A DNA stretch of 64,000 nt from Macrostomum lignano (GCA_002269645.1 NIVC01002209.1:124001-188000); one strand, 5' to 3'; positions 1-12,460 are shown, counted from the stretch's first letter. Notes: generated by a model not told the origin, from the letters alone. Numbers and translations are program-made.

Positions 1-345
1 GGCTACGCTGGAGCGGCAGTTGGACTCGGCGAACTCTGATCAGGGCAGCTCATGCGGCTTTTTGAGCTGACGAGGAGCGTCGGGACATGTACGGTCAACA
101 GCTTCCTTGTTTCTGGCTTACCTTGTAGGGCCAGTTCCAACGGGTCAGGCCCAAACTCATCGATACGCAGACTGTCTCCTGTGTGACGCCGGGGTGCCTG
201 ACACTACTAACGGGGCGGACTTCATCTGCTCTTAGGCTCTGCGGCTTTATACTGCCATCTGACGCGTGCTCTAACTGCAGTGACCTTGCATGTGGGGCTG
301 CATGCGAAATTTTTTGTTGTTGTTGTTGTTTTTGTTGTTGTAGCT
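1..345 (+). mobile_element. 3' end of RTE-clade LINE (end of ORF, 3' UTR, (TGT)n tail); second copy of the element at 41643-44800
   Basis: Near-identical to the reverse complement of 41643-42110 (e.g. GTGTGACGCCGGGGTGCCTGACACTACTAACGGGGCGGACTTCATCTGCT). Both copies end in (TTG)n-TAGCT. This copy lacks about 130 bp present in the other. Confidence 0.9.
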
Positions 346-824
346 TTGGTAATGATTCTGGTGTAGCCGCCTCATCAACGTTGTTTCTTTCAGCAGGCCA
401 GCAGCCCTGCATCCTAGCGGTCTGCGAGTTGTTCAACCGAACCCAAAGCAGTCATGACAAATCTGTAGTAAATGCCAACGGCAACTGCAGCAGCGATGAT
501 TATGCCCACGGCGACACCAACAAGGAGCCTCTGCCGACGCTGCCACCTCCGAGGATTCTCGTATCGAGGCACACGCAGACCGTGTCAACACTGCTCGGTG
601 TTCGTCTGCCAGCTGCTGTCACCGTTGGAGGCTGGGCTCCGGATTTCAACAGCAGGCGTTATAATAGTATTCATAGTAAAATCGCTTATAACAATAATAA
701 TAACAAAGGTCGCAAGTTCGAATCCACAGCCGACAGTCGTCATCCGCTGCAACAGCCACGGATGTCGGACACGCCCTCGAGTGGCGAGTCCTGCTTCACC
801 ATCTCTGTGGCCTCGTCGATGTGA
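346..824 (+). CDS. Possible terminal coding exon of a plus-strand gene whose upstream exons are outside the window; product unknown
   Basis: Open frame (~160 codons, GC-rich, exon-like) ending TGA immediately followed by AATAAA. Candidate acceptors at TTGTTGTAG|344 or TTTCTTTCAG|394. No recognisable domain. Confidence 0.3.
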
Positions 825-889
825 ATAAACAGATTTGTGACTCGCGGTTCTAAGATGCGATCTGCGTGAACAGCTGTTTAAAGGTTAGA

Positions 890-1135
890 GGAGCGGGGAG
901 TAAGGTGGGTGTTGAGGGGAAGGGAGTGAGGTGGGTATTCTTTAAAGGCAGGGAGTGACGTGGGTGTTCTTGAGGGGCAGGTAGTGAGGTGGGTGTTCTT
1001 GAGGGGCGGGGAGTGAGGTGGTTGCTCTTGAGGGGCGGGGAGTGAGGTGGTTGTTCTTGAGGGGCGGGGAGTGAGGTGGTTGTTCTTGAGGGGCAGGGGG
1101 TGAGGTGGGTGTCCTTGAGGGACAGGGAGTGAGCT
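890..1135. repeat. 29-bp G-rich minisatellite (GGGGCGGGGAGTGAGGTGGTTGTTCTTGA), ~8 copies
   Basis: Period of 29 read directly (e.g. 1028 vs 1057). Confidence 0.9.
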
Positions 1136-1756
1136 GTGGGTGGTACAATAAATCCAAAAATCAAACGAATATTTGTATCTGTTACTGCACTCTAAAAATC
1201 TTTTAAAAAATATTGTTTAATGTCGGTTTATTTCTATTGTATTATTATTGTTATTGTTAGTAGCCTTAAATGTGAATTTGGTAAACAGAAAAAAATCTTG
1301 TGTGCGCATTTGTAAAATATAGTCATTTATTTAACAACAAAAGAAACTATTGTTAAAAACACAATGAAATAAAATAATAAAGTAAAAAGCGACACGGAAT
1401 GTAGCACAATGTTTAGCGGATCTGTTTAACAAAAAACCTTTGACCTGATTGATATATACCAAGTGGAAAGTTGGCAATGAGACTCTTGAAGTAGTGAAAT
1501 AAAAAAAAGCAATCATCTTTGGTAAACTTTTTTGGAAGCGCAAAAACAATACAAAAAATTAGAACAAAAATCGTAAACTGAATTCCCTTCAAGTTAAAAA
1601 AGCTGTATTTAGCAATATTTGTTATAGACTACTTACAGTATAAAGCGATGCATGCAGTATACTATATACCTCAGTGGTGGACAAGTTTTCAAGGCCCCAT
1701 TCTGAACTTTAAATGAAGACTGGTTTTTGCTATTCTCTTTGGGCCTCATCTGTTGA

Positions 1757-2660
1757 GAGGGGAGAAAGAGGGAGAGGTAGAGTGGAAAGAGCTGTGGTGT
1801 AGTGGGTGAGGGAGGGAGAGGGAAGGGTGGAGTGGGGGAGAGAGTTTGAGTGAGGAGGAGAGGTGGAGTGAGGAGAAGGAAAGGTGGAGTGAGGAGAAGG
1901 AGGGAGAGGTGGAGAAGGAGGGAGAGGTGGAGAAGGAGGAAGAGGTGGAGTGAGGAGAAGGAGGGAGAGGTGGAGAAGGAGGGAGAGGTGGAGAACGAGA
2001 GGGAGAGGAGGAGAAGGAGAGGGAGAGAAGGAGGGGGGAGAGGGAGGGAGAGGTGGAGAAGGAGGGAGAGGTGGAGTGAGGAGAAGGAGGGAGAGGTGGA
2101 GTGAGGAGAAGGAGGGAGAGGTGGAGAAGGAGAGGGAGAGGTGGAGAACGAGAGGGAGAGGAGGAGAAGGAGAGGGAGAGAAGGAGGGGGGAGAGGGAGG
2201 GAGAGGTGGAGGAGAGGCCGAGAGGAGAAGGAGAGGGAGAGGTGGAGAGGGAGAGGTGGAGTGAGGAGAAGGAGGGAGAGGTGGAGTGAGGAGGAGGAGA
2301 GGTGGAGAAGGAGGGAGAGGTGGAGAACGAGAGGGAGAGGAGGAGAAGGAGAGGGAGAGAAGGAGGGGGAGAGGGAGGGAGAGGTGGAGGAGAGGCCGAG
2401 AGGAGAAGGAGAGGGAGAGGTGGAGAGGGAGAGGTGGAGTGAGGAGGAGGAGGGAGAGGTGGAGAACGAGGGGGAGAGGAGGAGATCGGAGGGGAGAGGT
2501 GGAGAAGGATAGGGAGAGGAGGAGGAGGGAGAGGTGGAGATCGGAGGGGGAGAGGTGGAGGAGGAGGGAGAGGTGGAGAACGAGGGGGAGAGGTGGAGAT
2601 CAGAGGGGGAGAGGTGGAGGAGGAGGGAGAGGTGGAGAACGAGGGGGAGAGGAGGAGTGA
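1757..2660. repeat. Polypurine (GA-rich) low-complexity tract with internal block duplications
   Basis: Almost exclusively G/A; recurring GGAGAGGTGGAG and GAGAACGAGAGGG blocks. The listed R/E/G-rich ORFs are artefacts. Confidence 0.95.
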
Positions 2661-2687
2661 GAGCAGAGCCAGGCCAGCGGGACCTGC

Positions 2688-5131
2688 TCAGTCAGCTTTG
2701 ATCTCATTATCAGCCGCCGCGGACGCCACCTTGGCCGCCTCCTCGCTGAGTGGCCCATACTCGGCGCTCATGACGGCCCGGACTCGCTCGCTGAGGGCGG
2801 GCACGTCCGACTCCGTGAGGCCTTGGGTGGTCACGGGTTCGAGCACCCTGGCCAGCACCAGGCCGGGCGAGTCGAACCGGCGCTGACGCTTTGAGTAGAA
2901 ATTTGAGTAGCTCGAAAAGACCACGGGCACGACTGGGACCTGCAGTGGTGAAAAATGAGTGCGAAGTCAATGTCAAATAGTTAGATAGGGCTGTCATAAA
3001 GTGCGCCAGAAATCTGTCAAATAGAGCGCCAGAAATCTGTCAGAAAGAGCGCCAGAAATCTGTCAGAAAGAGCGCCAGAAATCTGTCAGAAAGAGCGCCA
3101 GAAATCTGTCAAATAGAGCGCCAGAAATCTGTTAGATAGAGCGCCAGAAATATGTCAGATAGAGCGCCAGAAATCTGTCAAATAGAGCGCCAGAAATCTG
3201 TCAGAAAGAGCGCCAGAAATCTGTCAAATAGAGCGCCAGAAATCTGTCAGAAAGAGCGCCAGAAATCTGTCAGAAAGAGCGCCAGAAATCTGTCAGAAAG
3301 AGCGCCAGAAATCTGTCAGAAAGAGCGCCAGAAATCTGTCAAATAGAGCGCCAGAAATCTGTCAAAAAGAGCGCCAGAAATCTGTCAGAAAGAGCGTCAG
3401 AAATCTGTCAGATATGGCGGCATCATCTGTGTCGATTGGTTAACTAATTGCTAAAAGTGCAAAAAAGCAGGGCTGTGAAGTGCACTGACCTGAGCCTGCA
3501 CCGCCAGATGGAAGGCGCCCTTCTTGAACTCGCCAAATTCACCGCCAGACTGTCGGGTGCCTTCGGGGAAAATCCATACGCGCAAACGGCTGCTGGCGTC
3601 AGCCAGACGGTCGCCAAGGCGACGCATCTCGGCGATGGCAGACTGGCGGCCCCGGGAGACGAACACACAGCCACACAGCCAGCCAGCGAGGCCGAACCAT
3701 CCAGCAAAGAGCAGGGACTTCTTGGCCACTAAAATGCATGGCGAGGGCCAAACGTGACTGATGCCTATCAGGTCCAAGCTGGACTGATGATTGGAAATGA
3801 CTACGAAATTTCCAGGTAGGTCGCGGATTCGATTCTTGTCTAGAACTTGAACTCGAATGCCGAATAGTCTGGTGGTGAACCACATTAGCACCATGGGATA
3901 CCTGGTGTATTTAGTGATGGCAGTTTGACTTTATATTTTGGTTTATGATTAAACAACTTATATAATCTTAAAAATAAATGTACTAGTGCTAATTATATGC
4001 CTTTATAATAGTATGCTCGAATATTCTTTCCATGTAATAGCTATATAATTGAATAATATTGAAGCCTTTCTTAGAAATTGAATCTACGCAAAATGCTAAA
4101 TAATAGTTTGTTTAAATACACCAAATGTTTGTTATAATATGGTAAAATCATTTGTTTTAATGCACAAAATAAAATGGGGAAATATTTTTTGTTATAAAAG
4201 TATCAGGGGTAAATATAGGAGCAATTTTATAGCAAATAAACTCTAACTGTCTGTGACCTGTGAGCAAAACATTGCCAACAAAATAGCAGTTCAATCTATA
4301 CATTTTAAAGTCTTTTAAGTTTAATAGTGACTTATTCATTTACAAAAGCTGAGAGCAGTACCAAGAAACTTGCTAAGAGAAGGGAATTGGGGAATAATTT
4401 GCAGAAGCATACTAAGAGAGACGCCGTGACCCTCTAGTCTCAGTGAACGCCCAGATTAGGACTATTTACTAAATACATGTACCAATACTAGACCACTCAG
4501 GCCATAAGCTACAAGAATGCTACCAGAAATGCTACTAAGAATGCTACCCAGAAATATTTGAATGAAGGCATTAAGGCATTAAGGCAAGATTTAGTGTCAG
4601 CAGTAGAAATTTAATAGAGGAAATCATAAACCTGTAACAACTTTGGTGGCAATTAGTGGGATAATTGGAGGACAGAAGTAAGCCCTACAACATAAATAAC
4701 TAAGAAAATATATAAAAAATTCTTTTTTGATATAGGTCTCTTTCTGAAAAAACATCATTTTAGCTCACACATTCAAAATGTACAAAATTTTGCCATGGCT
4801 CATCTGTTCCATTTTTGCTTACAATTTTAATATACAATATTTAAAATTCTAAGGGGAAATATAGAACCTCAAAAAACCCTAGTAAAAGGATAAAAGGTGG
4901 ATATCGTTCTTAATTTAAAAAAATACTAAGAACTTACCTAAAATTTCTTGGATCCTTTGGTTTGAGCAAACTTGGAAATGTTGATAAAAATCCATGAGTA
5001 AAAAGGTGCAGGTAGTAAACTGCCATTTTAATTCTGTATCTGACAATTGAAGGAAGTCGAGGAAAAATTATGGCATAGAACAGATAGCCAGAGATGGTGA
5101 TTCCGAAGGCGTAAATTAAGAACTCTAACAT
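2688..5131 (-). CDS. AGPAT1/2: 1-acyl-sn-glycerol-3-phosphate acyltransferase (AGPAT1/2, PlsC family), 3 exons: 5131-4938, 3901-3490, 2939-2688; 285 aa
   Basis: Acyltransferase motifs NHQSSLD and FPEGTR, plus KKGAFHLAVQAQ|VPVVPVVFS. N-terminal hydrophobic segment. GT-AG junctions are phase-consistent (2,0) and the total of 858 nt is divisible by 3. Confidence 0.95.
3003..3412. repeat. 23-bp minisatellite (AGAGCGCCAGAAATCTGTCAGAA), ~18 copies, filling AGPAT intron 2
   Basis: Period of 23 read directly; a solo/dimer copy occurs at ~6328-6362. Confidence 0.95.
4420..4560 (+). repeat. Dispersed repeat of unknown family (copy 1 of 3; others at ~30975 and ~33175)
   Basis: Shared GCYGTGACCCTCT..TC.CA.G.GAAYGCCYAG.A.T..GA motif, followed by GACCACT.A.GCC.ATAAG-like and ATGCTA(C/T)CA motifs. 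Confidence 0.6.
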
Positions 5132-5200
5132 TTTTCTCACTTCCGTACGCCCGCGTAACCGTAAACTCTTCTTAATAGATGAACGAAATACGGTTACACC
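5132..5200 (-). promoter_or_regulatory. CpG-retaining promoter-proximal patch of AGPAT with an ETS-like CGGAAGT motif
   Basis: GGTTACGCGGGCGTACGGAAGTGAG lies directly upstream of the ATG. Function is inferred. Confidence 0.35.
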
Positions 5201-6786
5201 CTACTAGGCTTAGGCTTATTCTTTTTATTGTGGTATGGTAAAAAGTAAATGAACTTTGGACAACAGCTAAAAACGTTAAGTCAAGATGTTATAAAATGGA
5301 TCAAAAAATGCCTATTCTGCTCATTGAAAACTTCTATGCAAGTTGAACCAGTTTTTAACCCACAGATGTGGTCTGCACTATTATTAACCAATTAAAGGAG
5401 AGTATTTCAGAACACAAGCAGGCGCGAAGTAAACAATTTTAGCAGTTTAACAAAATCCAGCCAAATATTAATTTAAAAAATATTTATTGCTATATGTACC
5501 TAATTTTTAAAAATAAAAAACTAGTTTTATGTGTTTCTATGAGACATTTAATCTTATAATACTATATTTCGCTTCTGATTCTGCGGCCGTACAGTTCCGT
5601 AAAAGTAAAAATTAACAAATGGGTAGGATATTTAACAAGGGATGTATTTTGTGTTTAAAATGTTTTTCGGGGACCACCTAACAGAAATATAAAAATTGTA
5701 TTAAAAATTACCAAATGGAACTACAACTTTCTTTTTTCTACAAGTTTTGACTCCCAAGATTCGCCTTAACCGAATTTAAAGCCAGCTATTTAAACAATCA
5801 GTTAAAAATAATAGCCTACGCATTAAATAATATAAGAGATCTTTGAAGATCGTAAAAAATATAATTAAATTGAAAAAAATTAAAACTAGAGCTAATGCAT
5901 TTAGTTGCAACACAAAGCTATCTCTAAAACAATAAGGCTATTTTGTTATACATTTTAAAAATCTTACGATCAGGCTTGAAAGCGAATAGGCAATGGGGGC
6001 AAAGGCAAAGCTAACCGATGGTAGGAGGCCGACTTTAAAGTGGATAATAACAAAACAACCAGTCAAACGATCCACATAATTCAATAAAAATGTAGTTCAG
6101 GCCATAGCTAACAGCGAAAAGCTAATCGTAGCGTAAACTTAACATTAGCATATAAAAATTCCGTCGATAGTTGTCCGTTACTCAATTTGCATGGAACACA
6201 ATACATGCATGTGCATATAGCTACTGTATTTTGAAGAAAATCATAATCACAACCTCCATGTACTCACGAGCTATTACGTTAATATAATATAGCTTATTGA
6301 CAGCTACCGAACAATTTACCAAACTATTTCTGTCAGATAAGGCGCCAGAAATCTGTCAGATAGATCAGCTGTGTCAACTGATTGATTCACAAAATAAAAA
6401 AAGGCTAGTGAATTTTTTACAATAGCTAATTTACACATGTATTGCGAATAGAAGGCTCGCTAAAAGTCTGCCAGCGATGCATTCGGTATATATTTTTCGT
6501 TAATACACTATGAAATAGCAAGAATTTCTGATGAAGCGCACAGGTTTGCACGTCAATTCTAACAGAAGGTATAATTTCAGAATACAAAAATTTCGTCACA
6601 AAATAAGAACTGACAATTAATCCTCTTGTAAAACAACAACAACAGAACAATACACATTCCAACTCTAGGGAGCAGTAGAACACAATTGCACAAAAAATTT
6701 AAAATGAAATAAAATAAATACTTGTACACAGATTTGGTTAAACATAAAAAACTGTCGTATTTTATGACTAGATTGATACAGATTAG

Positions 6787-9700
6787 CTACTGACAGCCAA
6801 GTCCCGCAATCCTGATGCCCTCCTGTTCCAGCACTTCGCGAACAATTTCAAAATTATCAGTCCGAGTGTTGGCGATTCGACTGTTCAGCTCGCGAGCCGA
6901 GGTGAGGGCGGCCTGCGCGCGGAGAACGAAAATAAAATAATAATATTACTATGGTAGTTAGTAGTAGCAGTAGTAGTAGTAGTAGTATTAGTATTCGTAG
7001 TATTCGTAGTAGTAGTAGCAATATTCTATCAGTGGTATCAACACTCCTTACCCTTTTTCTCTCTAAACTGGATGGCAAATGAAGGTCAAAAGATGGCGCA
7101 CTTGATGTCTGACTGGAGTTGCCAGCGGCTGGTCTGTGAAAATGAGAAACAAACAAATCAATACTTTGCATATACTGATTTAGAATCAATTGCGCCTTTA
7201 AAGCCATGGATGGCATCTCAGAAACTCTCCAATCATCCATGGCATCTCAGCAACTCCCCCATTGAGCCAATTGGCATCTCAGCAACTCCCCCATTGAGCC
7301 ATGGCATCTCAGCAACTCCTCCATTGAGCCATGGCATCTCAGCTACTCCCCCACTGAGCCATGGCGTCTCAGCTACTCCCCCATTGAGCCAATTGGCATC
7401 TCAGCTACTCCCCCATTGAGCCAATTGGCATCTCAGCTACTCCCCCATTGAGCCAATTGGCATCTCAGCAACTCCCCATTGAGCCAATGGCATCTCAGCA
7501 ACTCCCCCATTGAGCCAATGGCATCTCAGCAACTCCCCCATTGAGCCATGGCATCTCAGCAACTCCTCATTGAGCCAATTGGCATCTCACCAACTCCCCC
7601 ATTGAGCCAATGGCATCTCAGCAACTCCTCATTGAGCCAATGGCATCTCACCAACTCCCCCATTTGGCCAATTGGCATCTCAGCAACTCCCCCATTGAGC
7701 CATGGCATCTCAGCAACTCCCCCATTGAGCCAATTGGCATCTCAGCAACTCCTCATTGAGCCAATGGCATCTCAGCAACTCCCCCATTGAGCCAATTGGC
7801 ATCTCAGCAACTCCCCCATTGAGCCATGGCATCTCAGCAACTCCCCCATTTGGCCAATTGGTATCTCAGCAACTCCCCCATTGAGCCAATTGGCATCTCA
7901 GCAACTCCTCCATTGAGCCAATTAGCATCTCAGCAACTCCCCCATTGAGCCAATTGGCATCTCAGCAACTCCCCCCCATTGAGCCAATTGGCATCTCAGC
8001 AACTCCCCCCCATTGAGCCAATTGGCATCTCAGCAACTCCCCCCCCATTGAGCCAATTGGCATCTCACCAACTCCCCCATTGAGCCAATTAGCATCTCAG
8101 CAACTCCCCCATTGAGCCAATGGCATCTCACCAACTCCTCATTGAGCCAATGGCATCTCACCAACTCCTCATTGAGACATGGCATCTAAGCAACTCCTCA
8201 TTGAGCCAATGGCATCTCAGCAACTCCTCATTGAGCCAATTGGCATCTCACCAACTCCCCCATTGAGCCAATTAGCATCTCAGCAACTCCCCCATTGAGC
8301 CAATGGCATCTCACCAACTCCCCCATTGAGCCAATTGGCATCTCACCAACTCCCCCATTGAGCCAATTGGCATCTCACCAACTCCCCCATTGAGCCAATT
8401 AGCATCTCAGCAACTCCCCCATTGAGCCAATGGCATCTCACCAACTCCTCATTGAGCCAATGGCATCTCACCAACTCCTCATTGAGCCATGGCATCTCAG
8501 CAACTCCTCATTGAGCCAATTGGCATCTCACCAACTCCCCCATTGAGCCAATTAGCATCTCAGCAACTCCCCCATTGAGCCAATGGCATCTCAGCAACTC
8601 CCCCATTGAGCCAATGGCATCTCACCAACTCCCCCATTGAGCCAATTGGCATCTCAGCAACTCCCCCATTGAGCCAATTGGCATCTCAGCAACTCCCCCA
8701 TTGAGCCAATTGGCATCTCAGCAACTCCCCCATTGAGCCAATTGGCATCTCACCAACTCCCCCATTGAGCCAATTGGCATCTCACCAACTCCCCCATTGA
8801 GCCAATGGCATCTCAGCAACTCCCATTGAGCCAATGGCATCTCACCAAACCCCCTTATTGAGCCAATGGCATCTCAGCAACTCCCCCATTGAGCCAATGG
8901 CATCTCAGCAACTCCCCCATTGAGCCATGGCATCTCAGCAACTCCTCATTGAGCCAATTGGCATCTCACCAACTCCCCCATTGAGCCAATGGCATCTCAA
9001 CAACTCTCCCATTGAGACATGGCATCTAAGCAACTCCTCATTGAGCCAATGGCATCTCAGCAACTCCTCATTGAGCCAATTGGCATCTCAGCAACTCCTC
9101 ATTGAGCCAATGGCATCTCAGCAACTCTCCCATTGAGACATGGCATCTAAGCAACTCCTCATTGAGCCAATGGCATCTCAGCAACTCCTCATTGAGCCAT
9201 GGCATCTAAGCAACTCTCCCCCATTGAGCCAATGGCATCTCACCAACTCCCCCATTGAGCCAATTGGCATCTCACCAACTCCCCCATTGAGCCAATTGGC
9301 ATCTCACCAACTCCCCCATTGAGCCAATTAGCATCTCAGCAACTCCCCCATTGAGCCAATGGCATCTCACCAACTCCTCATTGAGCCAATGGCATCTCAC
9401 CAACTCCTCATTGAGACATGGCATCTCAGCAACTCCTCATTGAGCCAATTGGCATCTCACCAACTCCCCCATTGAGCCAATTAGGCATCTCAGCAACTCC
9501 CCCATTGAGCCAATGGCATCTCAGCAACTCCCCCATTGAGCCAATGGCATCTCAGCAACTCCCCCATTGAGCCAATTGGCATCTCAGCAACTCCCCCATT
9601 GAGCCAATTGGCATCTCAGCAACTCCCCCATTGAGCCAATTGGCATCTCAGCAACTCCCCCATTGAGCCAATTGGCATCTCACCAACTCCCCCATTGAGC

Positions 9701-11705
9701 CAATTGGCATCTCACCAACTCCCCCATTGAGCCAATGGCATCTCACCAACTCCCATTGAGCCAATGGCATCTCACCAACTCCCCTTATTGAGCCAATGGC
9801 ATCTCAGCAACTCCCCCATTGAGCCAATGGCATCTCAGCAACTCCCCCATTGAGCCAATGGCATCTCAGCAACTCCTCATTGAGCCAATTGGCATCTCAC
9901 CAACTCCCCCATTGAGCCATGGCATCTCAGCAACTCCCCCATTGAGCCAATTGGCATCTCAGCAACTCCCCCATTGAGCCAATTGGCATCTCAGCAACTC
10001 CCCCATTGAGCCAATTGGCATCTCAGCAACTCCCATTGAGCCAATTGGCATCTCACAACTCCCCCATTGAGCCAATGGCATCTCAACAACTCTCCCATTG
10101 AGCCAATGGCATCTCAAGCAACTCCTCATTGAGCCAATGGCATCTCAGCAACTCCTCATTGAGCCAATGGCATCTCAGCAACTCCTCATTGAGCCAATGG
10201 CATCTCAGCAACTCCTCATTGAGCCAATGGCATCTCAGCAACTCCTCATTGAGCCAATGGCATCTCAGCAACTCCTCATTGAGCCATGGCATCTAAGCAA
10301 CTCCTCATTGAGCCAATGGCATCTCAGCAACTCCTCATTGAGCCAATGGCATCTCAGCAACTCCTCATTGAGCCATGGCATTCACTGCTCACATCATCAC
10401 GTCCTGATCCACACTGTTAGTCCGACTGTGCGTTCTCAAGGAGCCGTAGGAGAAGCCCGAAGGGTTCCGACAGTGAGCTCCGGGTGCAGTAGCAGGCACC
10501 GCAGACGACTCCAATAGCATCGCAGTTGGTGCAATCAGATGATCGGCAGTTGCCAGGGCGATATCTGTCGAATCCAAAGGTTTAACCGAGTTTGAACAGG
10601 TAGCAGAGGTTGCAGCTGCTGCTGTTGCAGTTGTCGCCATCGCAACTGATACTGAGGCGGCAACTCCATGCGGGTTATTGTTAGCAACAGGCTGAGAGAC
10701 CGCAGCAAGCCGGCGAACTCCCAGCCTCAGGGTGCTGTTATCCAGCCTCTGTCGCTGATTATACGGACTCAATATACAGCTGTGCTCGGCTGCTGTTGAG
10801 CAAGTGGAATCGGCCGCATTGCTGCCGAGTAGTTCGGTTAAATTGAGCACAGCAAAACCCAGCTTGGAATAAGATCGGCCGCCTCGCTCCTCTTTGCGAA
10901 CCGAGACACGAAGCACGATGGGAGGTCCGGGGCCGCCCAGATGACAGGCAAATTCCATGGGACCCTGGTCTGACCAGGCCACCTGCAAGGGGGGGTCCAA
11001 GGCTAGTGTTACGAAGGAGTTATGACACTAATTAGTGTTATGAATGTGTTATGACACTGGCTAGTGTTATGAAGGTGTTATGACACTAATTAGTGTTATG
11101 AATGTGTTATGACACTGGCTAGTGCTATGAAGGTGTTATGACACTAATTAGTGTTATGAATGTGTTATGACACTAGCTAGTGTTATGGTGTTACAACACA
11201 AATTAGTGTTATGAAGGTATGTTATGACACTGGCTAGTGTTATGAAGGTGTTACAACACAAATTAGTGTTATGAAGGTATGTTATGACACTGGCTAGTGT
11301 TATGAAGGTGTTATGACACTAGTGTTATTAATCAAGGTGTTATGACAGTGGTTAGTGTCAAGCAAGTAGTTTTGGTATGGCTGATTAGTTATAACTAGTT
11401 GTTTTTTAACTGAATACACTGTTCCGTCAGTGATGATGTAATTAGCTCGTAGTAATTAATAATTAATGCTAGACAACTGACCAATAAAATATAAGTCACA
11501 AGCCACTAACCTTATTGTCTCGAATCTCTCTACGGGTTGAGTAGGCGCAGAACCTACCGCCACTGAGCAGGCGCACCTTGGCAAACAGAACCCCATTGCT
11601 GAGGGTAACACCTTCAAGCTCAATTAGCTGCAGTTGAACTCGCTGCTTTCGAGGACTCCTGCCTTGACCTCGGCCACTCAGGCTGGGTCGAGAGCAGCAG
11701 AGCAT
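6787..11705 (-). CDS. FAM102A/B (EEIG1/2): FAM102/EEIG1-family NT-C2 domain protein, 4 exons: 11705-11511, 10982-10393, 7133-7052, 6912-6787; 330 aa
   Basis: NT-C2 signature (LEGVTLSNGVLFAKVRLLSGGRF..STRREIRDNKV.W; LRVSVRKEERGGRSYSKLGFAVLNLTE; SCILSPYNQRQRLDNSTLRL), then HSRTNS and a C-terminal RIANTRTDNFEIVREVL resembling the family TRVDA motif. All junctions are GT-AG and phase-consistent (0,2,0); 993 nt. Confidence 0.9.
6955..7020. repeat. (TAG)n/(AGT)n microsatellite in FAM102 intron 3
   Basis: Read directly. Confidence 0.85.
7209..10381. repeat. ~30-32-bp minisatellite (GGCATCTCAGCAACTCCCCCATTGAGCCAATT), ~100 copies, occupying ~97% of FAM102 intron 2
   Basis: Read directly; variant units (CTCCTC/CTCCCCC, CAAT/CAATT/CAT) recur in larger duplicated blocks. 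Confidence 0.97.
11003..11350. repeat. 29-bp minisatellite (TAGTGTTATGAAGGTGTTATGACACTAAT and variant), ~12 copies, FAM102 intron 1
   Basis: Period of 29 (11062 vs 11091); each unit is an imperfect palindrome AGTGTTAT...ATGACACT. Confidence 0.9.
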
Positions 11706-12244
11706 GAATTAATATAGAAAAAAACTGTTTTCTAATAATCTAAATAAATTATGGAATGTTAACCTGGGCTTAACCCATGTGGTTAATCTGAAATTGGAAA
11801 TTTATAAAGAAAAATTTGCATTTTTAATAATTATTGAGTAATGATTTGACAGGTCAACTTAATATTGTTACATTGATATTTATACTATAGTATGGTATAA
11901 TATAAATGCTATATTATTATTATTATTGCCTTTTACTTATACTGACACTTTCAGTAGAGTAGTGGATAAATTATCTGTATAATATATAATTGATCACATG
12001 ATATCTCTGGCTCTTTAATTAATTGATCATGCAATTTTCTAGAGTTGATAGAGTACCAATCGTGTAGTTTTTCTAAAGTGACAAAAATATAAATAAAGCA
12101 ACAGTGCGCACCAGTCACATTACTTTCAACTACAACTAGAAACTTCAAGCAACTGATAGAAGACTAAATCATATTATTCTTCAACATGAGAACTAAAAAA
12201 TTATTAGACTCTAAACCATCAAGTCACCCTTTGAGACTGCTATG

Positions 12245-12460
12245 GGGGTGTAGCCCAGTATTTATAGTTAAGTGCAGCACTCTGATGTGCCAGTGCAGTC
12301 ACATTAATTTTGGGCTAAATTGGAATCTTTGCTTGGCTCTGCAGCTCTGCTTGTGCAGTTAATTCCCTTGAAGGCCAACCGCCAAGGCACAGTGAAGTGT
12401 ACATGCCTAATAATGAATAAGTTAGGGCCACGCACATACACTCCTGTGTATGTGTGACTA
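12245..12460 (+). mobile_element. tRNA-headed SINE, CpG-decayed copy with B-box deleted
   Basis: Colinear with 55940-56160 (TGCAGTCACATT..TTTTGGGCTAAATTGGAATC...GTGAAGTGTACATGCCTAA...GTTAGGGCC). Confidence 0.75.

Noticed and set aside
700-735. tRNA-like AAGGTCGCAAGTTCGAATCC
   Set aside because: The T-stem does not pair and there is no D or anticodon arm upstream.
1850-2660. Arg/Glu-rich ORFs
   Set aside because: Translations of the GA low-complexity tract, with no codon-level structure.
5132-6787. Operon-like trans-spliced arrangement of co-oriented FAM102 and AGPAT
   Set aside because: AGPAT has no pyrimidine-rich acceptor before its ATG and has its own CpG-retaining promoter-like patch.
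7209-10381. Possible CRISPR-like array
   Set aside because: Head-to-tail tandem units with no unique spacers, in a eukaryotic intron, and no cas genes. The same applies to the other minisatellites.
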